Shown: piece after piece, positions 50,006-58,890 of the stretch
Position numbering within the stretch: position 1 is the first letter of the stretch
How the letters are laid out: every line of letters starts with the position of its first letter
Source of the DNA: Candidatus Campbellbacteria bacterium
GTDB lineage: Bacteria; Patescibacteriota; Minisyncoccia; Phycocordibacterales; EsbW-18
DNA length: 64,000 nucleotides
NCBI GenBank assembly: GCA_045863475.1
Contig: BTUR01000004.1
Coordinates: 2,628 to 66,627 of the forward strand
Direction: 5' to 3'
The notes under the pieces: model-generated
What the model was told of the DNA's origin: nothing
Databases searched by the model: none
What the model saw: only the letters and a program-made list of their open reading frames with translations
Position numbers and translations under genes: made by a program

Positions 50006-51685
50006 ATGATGCAGAGAATCTTTTCCTTTTTTTCCAGGACCGTTAACGGCCTCCACGAGGCGGCCTATATCATTGCTTTTTTTGCGTTTCTTTCGCAGCT
50101 TTTGGGGCTGGTACGTGACCGCATTCTTGCGCACATGTTCGGCGCCAGCGGGACATTGGACGTGTACTATGCGGCGTTCCGCATTCCGGACGTTATCTTC
50201 GCGTCCATCGCCTCATTTGTTTCATTGTTCGTTCTCATTCCGTTTTTGACGAAACGCATAGAGGAGAACGGGGGAGAAGCACGTCGGTTTCTCTCTGAAA
50301 TCACGACGGTCTTTACCGTCTTTATGATTGCTGTGAGCGGGGTTCTGTATTTCTTCGTGCCACAGCTTTCGCGTTTTCTGTACCCAGGTTTTTCAAGCGA
50401 GCAAGTCGAGATGCTCTCACAACTGACGAGGATACTGTTGCTGTCCCCGATATTTCTTGGTCTCTCCAATATCGTTGCATCCATAACGCAAATTAAAAAG
50501 AAGTTTTTCATCTACGCACTCTCTCCCATTCTCTACAACCTCGGTATCATCGCCGGCGTACTCGCGCTGTATCCTCTGTGGGGTATGCGGGGGCTGGCGT
50601 ACGGTGTTGTGCTCGGTTCGTTTTTACACCTCGCTATTCAGATACCGACGATTATACGTGAACGCCTCATGCCGAAATTGACGCTTGCTATCTCTTGGAG
50701 CGACATTTTCTCCGTTATTCACGTTTCCATTCCTCGCACCATGACACTCGCGTTCAATCAGATTGTGCTGCTCGCACTTCTCGGTATTGCCTCGAAACTA
50801 TCCGAGGGATCCATCGCTGTTTTTACATTCGCGATGAACATTAATCTCGCGCCGCTGACCATCATCGGCGTCTCGTATTCGGTTGCCGCGTTCCCGACGC
50901 TCTCGAAACTATTCTCCAACGGGGACCGCGAAGTGTTTGTGTCGCACTTACTCACCGCCATTCGCCACATCCTGTTTTGGTCGCTGCCGGCAATTGCGCT
51001 GTTTATAGTCCTGCGCGCCCACATCGTCCGCGTGCTCTTGGGTTCAGGCGCCTTTGACTGGACGGCAACTCGACTTACGGCGGCCACGATGGGAATTCTC
51101 ATGCTCTCGCTCGCTGCGCACGGTCTGATGTTGCTGTTTGTGCGCGGCTACTATGCTGCGGGCAAGACGGCCCGGCCGTTTTGGATCAATATTATGTCGT
51201 CAGTGGTGACGCTGTGCGCCGTGTATGCCGGTATCGCGCTGTTCCGCGGGAATGAAACCTTCAGGTTGTTCGTTGAGGCGCTGTTTCGTGTGGAAGACGT
51301 TCCGGGCACGGTCGTGCTCATGGTCTCCTTGGGGTATACCGTCGGTATGATTGCTAACGCCGCCGCGTTCTGGCTTTTGTTCCGACGCGACTTCGGCGGC
51401 CACGTACCAAGAGGTATCTATACGTCTGCCTGGCAGGGTTTTGCGGCATCCGTTCTTGCAGGAGCGGCCGCATATGCTGTCCTGGCGGTGACTCAAGGAT
51501 TTGTCGACCTCGACTCGTTCTGGGGCGTCTTTTCGCACGGGTTTGTCGCGGGAATCGCGGGCATCGTCACAGGTATCGGTGTTTTGTTACTGCTGAAGAA
51601 CACCGAAATGAAGGAAATTTGGTCCGCTACCCACGCACGATTCTGGGCCTCAAAGCCGATTGCGCCGTCACCTGAGGAAATCTAG
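50006..51685 (+). CDS. murJ: Lipid II flippase MurJ (MviN)
   Basis: 'SQLLGLVRDRILA..FGA...D.YYAAFRIPD'; many TM helices. Confidence 0.92.
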   Translation: MMQRIFSFFSRTVNGLHEAAYIIAFFAFLSQLLGLVRDRILAHMFGASGTLDVYYAAFRIPDVIFASIASFVSLFVLIPFLTKRIEENGGEARRFLSEITTVFTVFMIAVSGVLYFFVPQLSRFLYPGFSSEQVEMLSQLTRILLLSPIFLGLSNIVASITQIKKKFFIYALSPILYNLGIIAGVLALYPLWGMRGLAYGVVLGSFLHLAIQIPTIIRERLMPKLTLAISWSDIFSVIHVSIPRTMTLAFNQIVLLALLGIASKLSEGSIAVFTFAMNINLAPLTIIGVSYSVAAFPTLSKLFSNGDREVFVSHLLTAIRHILFWSLPAIALFIVLRAHIVRVLLGSGAFDWTATRLTAATMGILMLSLAAHGLMLLFVRGYYAAGKTARPFWINIMSSVVTLCAVYAGIALFRGNETFRLFVEALFRVEDVPGTVVLMVSLGYTVGMIANAAAFWLLFRRDFGGHVPRGIYTSAWQGFAASVLAGAAAYAVLAVTQGFVDLDSFWGVFSHGFVAGIAGIVTGIGVLLLLKNTEMKEIWSATHARFWASKPIAPSPEEI

Positions 51686-51723
51686 GTATCCGCGGCTTTT
51701 CAATGTAGGATAGTGGCTCCCTT

Positions 51724-53511
51724 ATGAAACCCAAACTCATACGAAACTTCTCGATTATCGCGCACATCGACCACGGCAAGTCAACGCTGGCTGACCGCAT
51801 GCTGGAGGTGACACACACCATTGAAAACCGCCTTATGCGCGAGCAGGTGCTGGATTCCATGGATTTGGAGCGCGAACGTGGCATTACCATCAAAATGGCG
51901 CCGGTGCGCATGCAGTTTGGTCATGAGGGAGAAACGTTTACGCTCAACCTCATCGATACTCCCGGTCACATCGATTTCTCGTATGAGGTATCCCGTGCGC
52001 TCAAGGCCGTGGAAGGAGCAATCCTGCTTGTTGATGCAACGCAGGGTGTGCAGGCGCAGACGCTCACGACGCTTTCCATGGCGCACGAGCAAGGTCTCAC
52101 GATTATTCCTGTTGTTTCAAAGATTGACTCTCCGCTTGCTCGCGTTGACGACGTGAAGATGGAGATTGTGGATATTCTGGCGTGCGACCCGGATGAAATT
52201 TTGTCGGTGTCGGGTAAGACGGGCGAAGGCGTTGAAGCACTCCTCCGTGCGGTCATACAACGTATTCCGCCGCCGGAAATTGTTGCGGGTGACCACTTGC
52301 AAGCGCTTGTCTTTGACTACACCTACAGCAACCACCGCGGCATCATCGTGCATGCAAGAGTTTTTGGTGGGGAAGTCCGCGAGAAAGACCGGCTTCGATT
52401 CATCGCGGCACATGAAGAATTTATTACCGGAGAAGTCGGTGCCTTCGTGCCGAAAGAAAAACCGCTACCCGAACTTACTGCAGGGCAAATCGGCTACATC
52501 GTGACCGGCATCAAAAAACCGGGCATCGTCTCCGTTGGTGACACGCTGACGCAGGTAAAAAATCCGGGCGCCGCACTTCCCGGATATCAGCAGCCGAAAC
52601 CTGTGGTGTGGGCGAGTGTGTTTCCTGAGAGCCAAGATGACCTGCACATGTTGCGCCAAGCGCTTGAAAAACTCCGACTCTCCGACTCGTCACTGTCATA
52701 TGAAGAGGAATCGTCGGGAACACTCGGGCGCGGGTTCCGGTGCGGGTTCCTCGGGATGCTCCACCTTGAGATTGTCACTGAACGTCTCAAGCGTGAATCC
52801 AACATGGCGATTATCGTGACGACACCGTCGATTACGTACGAAGTTACCTACCACGACGGACGCACCGAGACCGTCTACTCTCCGTCACTGTTTCCCGAGC
52901 ATGGGCTTACAAAACTTATACGAGAACCGTGGGTAGACGTACACCTCATCACACCGAGCTCGTATCTCAACAATCTTATGCAGCTTTTGTTTGAGCACGA
53001 ATCGTCCATTTCAGATTCCAAAACACTTCGCGACGGACGTGTGTCACTCCATCTCTCTATGCCGTTGCGCGAGCTTATGCGCGGATTCTTTGACGCAGTG
53101 AAGAGTGCGACATCCGGTTACGGTTCGCTTTCATACGAAATAGGGGGAATGCGCGACGCGGACGTCGTGCGACTTGATCTGCTTGTTGCTGAGGAACCGG
53201 TGCCCGCATTCTCGCGTGTTATTTCAGAGCGTGTTATGGAAACTGAAGCTCGAAAGGCCGTTGAAAAACTGAAAGGACTTCTTCCACGCCAATTGTTTGT
53301 TACAAAGATTCAGGCACGCGCAAAGGGACGCATCGTCGCATCCGAGACACTCTCCGCGTTGCGTAAGGATGTTACCGGGTATCTCTACGGTGGAGACATC
53401 ACGAGAAAAATGAAACTGCTTGAAAAGCAAAAACGCGGCAAGAAAAAGATGCTTGCCAACGCAAAGGTGAATATCCCGCACGACGTCTTCTTGAAAATGG
53501 TGAAGAGTTAG
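51724..53511 (+). CDS. lepA: Elongation factor 4
   Basis: IRNFSIIAHIDHGKSTLADR, GFRCGFLGMLH, YGGDITRKMKL. Confidence 0.96.
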   Translation: MKPKLIRNFSIIAHIDHGKSTLADRMLEVTHTIENRLMREQVLDSMDLERERGITIKMAPVRMQFGHEGETFTLNLIDTPGHIDFSYEVSRALKAVEGAILLVDATQGVQAQTLTTLSMAHEQGLTIIPVVSKIDSPLARVDDVKMEIVDILACDPDEILSVSGKTGEGVEALLRAVIQRIPPPEIVAGDHLQALVFDYTYSNHRGIIVHARVFGGEVREKDRLRFIAAHEEFITGEVGAFVPKEKPLPELTAGQIGYIVTGIKKPGIVSVGDTLTQVKNPGAALPGYQQPKPVVWASVFPESQDDLHMLRQALEKLRLSDSSLSYEEESSGTLGRGFRCGFLGMLHLEIVTERLKRESNMAIIVTTPSITYEVTYHDGRTETVYSPSLFPEHGLTKLIREPWVDVHLITPSSYLNNLMQLLFEHESSISDSKTLRDGRVSLHLSMPLRELMRGFFDAVKSATSGYGSLSYEIGGMRDADVVRLDLLVAEEPVPAFSRVISERVMETEARKAVEKLKGLLPRQLFVTKIQARAKGRIVASETLSALRKDVTGYLYGGDITRKMKLLEKQKRGKKKMLANAKVNIPHDVFLKMVKS

Positions 53512-53627
53512 AAGATTCCCAGGCGGAAAGCCGGAACGTAGAACGCCACCATCGAAACGATGACGAGCACGGCAACGATAATCCAAAGGACCTTGACGAC
53601 CTTCTGTGTTTTCTTGTTGAATAACAT
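53508..53627 (-). CDS. Small single-TM protein (39 aa)
   Basis: MLFNKKTQKVVKVLWIIVAVLVIVSMVAFYVPAFRLGIF; not in the ORF track. Confidence 0.55.
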   Translation of the reverse strand: MLFNKKTQKVVKVLWIIVAVLVIVSMVAFYVPAFRLGIF

Positions 53628-53719
53628 ATCGATTACTCAGAGTGTAGCACAAGGGAACGTGCTATATCCAGAGACGATTTCTGGCTGTACGGTCGCCTTA
53701 GATATACAATGAAGGCCGT

Positions 53720-54091
53720 ATGCTCGAATTCAGATTACGTCAAAAGAGGCGCCGGTTGCTGTCGTCCAATCTGACGATACTCGTACTGTGCATCGTTATC
53801 ATTATTCTCGGCAAGGAAGTGTGGGACGTGTATCAGCGGGAGCGTCTTGCGCGCGAGTCGCTTTCGCAGGCGCAGGTTCAGAAGGAGAGCTTGGATAAGC
53901 GAGAACAGTTCTTACGGTCGGAAATTGACCTTCTTGAAAATCAGGAGGGGGTTGAGAGCGAGCTTCGTGAACGGTACGGTATCGCCAAGCCGGGCGAAAA
54001 GGTTATTGTGCTTGTTGATGCGGAGGCAACAACAACGCTCCGCCAGGAAAACACGAGTTGGTGGAAAAAAATATTTTTCTGGCTACGCTGA
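53720..54091 (+). CDS. Septum formation initiator (FtsB/DivIC-like)
   Basis: TM segment, coiled coil and 'E..LRERYG..KPGEKVI'. Confidence 0.8.
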   Translation: MLEFRLRQKRRRLLSSNLTILVLCIVIIILGKEVWDVYQRERLARESLSQAQVQKESLDKREQFLRSEIDLLENQEGVESELRERYGIAKPGEKVIVLVDAEATTTLRQENTSWWKKIFFWLR

Positions 54092-54118
54092 CGACTTCTC
54101 TTGTATACTAAAACGTGC

Positions 54119-54192
54119 GCGGGATTAGTTTAGTGGCAGGACGCGACCTTCCCAAGGTTGAGGCGCGAGTTCGATTCTCGCATCCCGCACCA
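54119..54192 (+). tRNA. tRNA-Gly(CCC)
   Basis: TT-CCC-AA anticodon loop; ends ACCA. Confidence 0.92.
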
Positions 54193-54193
54193 T

Positions 54194-54265
54194 GCCCCTG
54201 TAGTTCAACGGATAGAACAACTCCGTCCTAAGGAGTGGATCTGGGTTCAATTCCTGGCGGGGGCA
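54194..54265 (+). tRNA. tRNA-Arg(CCU)
   Basis: GT-CCT-AA anticodon loop within an ACTCC/GGAGT stem. Confidence 0.88.
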
Positions 54266-54336
54266 CAAAATCTACGTTAACTAATTGAATGGGGGTTCAA
54301 TTCGGGGTGGGGGCACTGGAGTGATATACTGTTTTC

Positions 54337-54579
54337 ATGAATCCTGACGAAAAGAAACTTCTCGAAGAGACGGCAACACTTGCGCGAGAGACCAGTGTGC
54401 TCGTCAAAAAAATACACCGCCACGTGATGGTGAATAGCGTAATGCGTTTCGTGTATTGGGTGATTATTATCGGTGCCTCACTTGGTGCGTTCTGGCTCAT
54501 TCAGCCGTACATCGATTCAGTACGCTCTCTTACGGGTGGCGGAGAGGGCCAGGAAAGCCTCATGGATCTCTTTTTTTAG
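54337..54579 (+). CDS. Small membrane protein
   Basis: 'EKKLLEET..LA.E....VKKI.R......F.YWVIIIG......IQPY'. Confidence 0.65.
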   Translation: MNPDEKKLLEETATLARETSVLVKKIHRHVMVNSVMRFVYWVIIIGASLGAFWLIQPYIDSVRSLTGGGEGQESLMDLFF

Positions 54580-54628
54580 GCTGGAAAGAGGCCAAAAGAC
54601 GTGGTAGCATCTTCTCTGTTCCGTACAT

Positions 54629-54705
54629 GCCGAGGTAGCTCAGTTGGTTAGAGCATCTGCCTGAAGAGCAGAGGGTCGGCGGTTCGAGTCCGCCCCTCGG
54701 CACCA
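54629..54705 (+). tRNA. tRNA-Phe(GAA)
   Basis: CT-GAA-GA anticodon loop; encoded CCA. Confidence 0.94.
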
Positions 54706-54987
54706 AATCAAAACAAGACAGCTTCGGCTGTCTTGTTTTGATTTCTGCGTTGTATCGCGGCGGACTCGAAGGCCGCAGGAACGAGGCGGGGTCGAGAACA
54801 CTTAGGATTTTGGAGCCCATAGGGCGAACAAAATACTTAGTGATTCGTGACCGAGTCCGCCCCTCGGCACATAACAAGAAAAAGACAGCATGTGCTGTTT
54901 TTTTCTTGTTACTGCATGGTTGTTTTTGGTTTCTGTCTTGGTATCGTCCCTAAGGGACGCGTGCGTCCCTTAGGGACGACCGGTGTG

Positions 54988-55452
54988 TTAGATAGTTCGG
55001 ATGCGAAGTTTCGTCTGTTTCTGCTTATCAATCTTTGGCAGACGAATGGTGAGTAGCCCGTGTTTGATTTCAGCGACGGCGTCCTCAGCTTTTACTTCTG
55101 AGGGCAGGAGAATGGTGCGTGCAAATGAGCCCCAGTAGAGCTCGCGGTGGAAATAGTCATCATCGTCCGCTTCGTATGACTCTTGGCGCGAACCGCGAAT
55201 AATAACCATTTCTTGTGAAATGGAAACGTCGAGGTCTTCAGGAGCAACACCTGCGACCATGGTTTTTATGATGATTTCTGTCGGTGTTTGTTTGACGTCA
55301 ACGGCAAGCTCGGCTTCCTGTTCGCGTTCCTCAAGCGGTTCGGTTATGGAACCTCGTTTCAGAGAACGTGTTGCTATCGGTTCGTCTTCAAACATCTCCT
55401 CATCGGTATTGATGGCGCCGGTGAGTCGTTGAAAGAATGATTGTTTTCCCAT
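54988..55452 (-). CDS. Hsp20/alpha-crystallin small heat shock protein
   Basis: 'RELYWGSFARTILLP...A.IKHGLLTIRLPK'. Confidence 0.9.
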   Translation of the reverse strand: MGKQSFFQRLTGAINTDEEMFEDEPIATRSLKRGSITEPLEEREQEAELAVDVKQTPTEIIIKTMVAGVAPEDLDVSISQEMVIIRGSRQESYEADDDDYFHRELYWGSFARTILLPSEVKAEDAVAEIKHGLLTIRLPKIDKQKQTKLRIRTI

Positions 55453-55521
55453 ACGAATGAAGATGCGTGCTATGTGTGTTGCTAAAGTTGCTTTGTATTG
55501 TAGCACTCCGAATGCGGCGCG

Positions 55522-56214
55522 CTAGAGAACAAGTGGACGCACCCGCTTTACCCGCTCAAAGAGGAGCATGAGGCCGATGACGCATACCCACAAGATGATA
55601 AGGACAATGAACAAACCGTTGCTATCTGATTGCAAGATGAAGTGGTTAAACGTGGCGTGTATCCATACCGCAACCGCCAACCCGACCCAGAAGTACTCGT
55701 GACGCACCTTTCTGCTCTTGTAGAAGGAAAGGGCGATAGCGGCGCCGATGATTGATGATGATATGACGTGCAAAAGCGATGTGCCGATAAAACGGATATT
55801 GCCGGTGATGATACCAACGAATACGTCGCCCTCAATAAGGGGATTAAGGATAAACAACATGTTTTCCGCTGCCGCAAAACCTAACGCTGCGGTTAACAAA
55901 TAGACCATGGCGTCTATCGGCTCGTTTTCCGCATGCGTGTGCATACCACCGGTGTAGGCGGCAACGTATTTCAAAAGTTCTTCTACGAGCGCCCAGATGA
56001 CGATGACAGCAAGGGACACCGGAATGAAATATTCCGCGAGTTTTTCAAACGGAATGGCCAGTGGAACGCCGAGCATGCCGAGCAGGAATGTTGCGACGAG
56101 CAATCGGCGCGGCTCGGGGTGCAATCGATCTTCACGAAGCCAGAACCACAACCAGAAGAAGGCGGGCAAGACGCCGCCGAGGAATGCAATGGTTACTGAG
56201 TGGATGACGGGCAT
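55522..56214 (-). CDS. PrsW-family intramembrane protease
   Basis: 'D..HPEP', 'EELLK', 'ALGFAAAEN', 'H...S', 'H..FN'. Confidence 0.9.
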   Translation of the reverse strand: MPVIHSVTIAFLGGVLPAFFWLWFWLREDRLHPEPRRLLVATFLLGMLGVPLAIPFEKLAEYFIPVSLAVIVIWALVEELLKYVAAYTGGMHTHAENEPIDAMVYLLTAALGFAAAENMLFILNPLIEGDVFVGIITGNIRFIGTSLLHVISSSIIGAAIALSFYKSRKVRHEYFWVGLAVAVWIHATFNHFILQSDSNGLFIVLIILWVCVIGLMLLFERVKRVRPLVL

Positions 56215-56215
56215 G

Positions 56216-58405
56216 TTAGTTGGAGGGCCACGGTGACACCATGAGCATCGGGTGTCGGCGGTTGGGAAGTGACTGCCAGATTTCTTCGGTTATAAACGGC
56301 ATGAACGGATGGAGAAGTGAAAGCGACGTTTCGAGTATGTGCATGAGCGTCCATTGTGCGGAGTGTTTTGCCGCCGCGTCGTCACCGGAGAGCACTGCTT
56401 TGCGTTCCTCCAGAATAACATCGGCAAGCGTGTGCCAAACGTAGTGGTACAGCTTCTCTGCGGCGAGGTAGAAACGGTATGCCTCCATGTCATCTGTAAT
56501 TTCTTGTGTGAGCGCTGAGAGTTCTTTGACGCATGTCGAGTCCTGAGCCGTGAGTTCAGGTTGCTCGGTCGGCGCTCCCTCACATTGTTCCAGGACGAAA
56601 CGCGTGATGTTCCAGATTTTATTTGAAAACTTTTTGTATGCGCGCACTTTGTCTTCGGTAAAGTTGCTGTCGTTGCCCGGTCCGATACCGACGATGAGCG
56701 CCATGCGCAGAGCATCCGCGCCGTACGTGGCGATGATATCAAGCGGGTCGATACCATTGCCCATGGACTTGCTGAACTTCTTTCCATGCGCGTCACGCAA
56801 AATGCCGTGGATATACACCGTTTTGAAAGGAATGGAGCCGAGCAAGTAGCCGCTCATGAGAATCATGCGTGCAACCCAGAAGAAGAGGATTTCGTACCCC
56901 GGCGCCATGACGGAATTGGGGAAAAATGTCTTCATATCTGCCGTTTCCTCTGGCCAGCCCAGTGTTGAAAACGGCCATAGGGCTGATGAAAACCAGGTAT
57001 CCAGAGTGTCGGGATCCTGTGTCCAGCCATCTCCTTCAGGCGCCTCCATGCCGACAAACGTCTCGTCGCCGCGATACCACACGGGAATCTGGTGTCCGTA
57101 CCAAATTTGGCGTGAGATACACCAGTCGCGCAAGTTGTCTATCCAGTGGAAATAAATTTTCTCAAATCGTTCAGGGAGAATAGAGATTGCACTGTTCTCA
57201 ACTCCTTTGCGCATAATCTCTTTAAGCGTCGTCTCAGAACCTGATGCGATGCCGGGAATAGTAGAGTGGGGGAGCGTGAAGCGCTTGTTGACGTCTACAA
57301 ACCACTGCGTCTTAGGAAGCGGCTCAATGATGCCGCCGGAGCGCTCTGCTTTTGCGATGTTTTGCTTGATGTCCTCCTCTTTCTCAAGCAGTCCTTCCTC
57401 GCGCAGCCATGCCACAACCGCCTCGCGCGCCTCAGCGACTTTCTTACCCTTAAGGTTCTCTCCGCCGACGGTGATGCGGCCGAACTCATCAATGACCTGA
57501 ACGGTTTTGAGATTGTGTCGTGTGGCCATTTCCGCGTCGATGTGTGAGTGTGCCGGTGTGACACCGAGTGCGCCTGTACCGAACTCCGGATCGACAGCTT
57601 CATCTGCAATAACAGTGACTGCAATTGGCACGCCGCAAAATTCCATTTCATACGTTTTGCCGATGTACTCTTTGTAGCGAGCGTCGTCGGGATGCACTGC
57701 AACACCGGTGTCGCCGAGTTTTGTTTCGGGGCGTGTTGTTGCAATGGGGAAGGGAAACTCTTTTCCGTAACGGAACGTGTAGAATTTTGCGTCACGTTCC
57801 TCATACACGACTTCATCGTCGGAGATTACTGTCTGACCCTTCGGGTCCCAGTTGACGATTTTATGTCCGCGATAAATGAGTCCGTCATCGTACATCCGCT
57901 TGAATGTCGTGCGGACCGCGAAGTTGCGCTGCTCATCCAGCGTGAATGCCTCGCGTGACCAGTCGAGTGAGGCACCGGTTGCCCGCACCTGCGAGACGAT
58001 GGTGTCGTGGGACTCTTGTGCGAATTTCCGGACGCGCTCCAAAAAGGCCTCGCGCCCCAAATCACTGCGGCGCAGACCGTCTTTCTCAAGGAGTTTTTCT
58101 ACCTTCGTTTGTGTGGCAATGGCGGCGTGGTCGGTACCGGGCACCCAGAGTGTTCTTTTGCCTCGCATGCGCGCAAAACGAACCATGGCGTCCTGCAGGG
58201 AATCCTCAAGCGCGTGGCCGAGATGGAGTGTTCCGGTGACGTTAGGTGGCGGGAGCACAATGCAGAACGCCTCTGCGTCCGGCGAGGTCACTTCTTTTTC
58301 TACACACACGTCAGGACTGAAAAAACCGCTTTCCTCCCATTTTTTGTAGGTGGCGGTTTCGGTTGCTTTCGGATCGTACGGTTTCAGGAATTTATCAGGA
58401 ATCAT
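56216..58405 (-). CDS. valS: Valine-tRNA ligase (C-terminal coiled-coil arm absent)
   Basis: PPPNVTGTLHLGH, DWCISRQIWYGH, KFSKS. Confidence 0.95.
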   Translation of the reverse strand: MIPDKFLKPYDPKATETATYKKWEESGFFSPDVCVEKEVTSPDAEAFCIVLPPPNVTGTLHLGHALEDSLQDAMVRFARMRGKRTLWVPGTDHAAIATQTKVEKLLEKDGLRRSDLGREAFLERVRKFAQESHDTIVSQVRATGASLDWSREAFTLDEQRNFAVRTTFKRMYDDGLIYRGHKIVNWDPKGQTVISDDEVVYEERDAKFYTFRYGKEFPFPIATTRPETKLGDTGVAVHPDDARYKEYIGKTYEMEFCGVPIAVTVIADEAVDPEFGTGALGVTPAHSHIDAEMATRHNLKTVQVIDEFGRITVGGENLKGKKVAEAREAVVAWLREEGLLEKEEDIKQNIAKAERSGGIIEPLPKTQWFVDVNKRFTLPHSTIPGIASGSETTLKEIMRKGVENSAISILPERFEKIYFHWIDNLRDWCISRQIWYGHQIPVWYRGDETFVGMEAPEGDGWTQDPDTLDTWFSSALWPFSTLGWPEETADMKTFFPNSVMAPGYEILFFWVARMILMSGYLLGSIPFKTVYIHGILRDAHGKKFSKSMGNGIDPLDIIATYGADALRMALIVGIGPGNDSNFTEDKVRAYKKFSNKIWNITRFVLEQCEGAPTEQPELTAQDSTCVKELSALTQEITDDMEAYRFYLAAEKLYHYVWHTLADVILEERKAVLSGDDAAAKHSAQWTLMHILETSLSLLHPFMPFITEEIWQSLPNRRHPMLMVSPWPSN

Positions 58406-58890
58406 AAAGCCATTCTAGCAACAGATGGGGAAAATACGAATATGCGTTTGTTTTTCTTGCGTACATCTATAAAAGACATGGATGTCCTTTATAAAGGACA
58501 TCATAAAGGACATTTATTTCAAACCCAGAAGCGGTGTTTCGAAGCACCACCGCCCATTGAAGAAAATATTCCTGTGGATAACTTTCATTTTGTAATCATG
58601 TGATATCTGAACCGTCATCGAACATCAGACAGTCGTTGTGGACCGGTGGGGTATTTACAAAAACTATAAATGACTTCTGGTTTTATCCCCTCATTACACA
58701 CAAAATTAAAATTTAATGAAGTTGACACAGATATTGACGAGAGTAGAGTAGTACTGTGTTTTGGGGAATGCCGCGAGCGGTAGCAAAGAGCTCGAGGCGT
58801 TTTGGCTATCTTTAAAAATCAAAAATTTGACACTCGTTTCGTTCTTATTTAGTTAGTTTCGCCTAGTGCGGATAACATTACGTATTACTT

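Noticed and set aside
55500-55526. CIRCE element upstream of hsp20
   Set aside because: Only one good half-site (TAGCACTC); the other arm is mismatched and the spacing is 8, so overlap with an extended -10 explains it.
58573-58581. Replication origin
   Set aside because: Only a single perfect DnaA box, and no dnaA or dnaN in the window.
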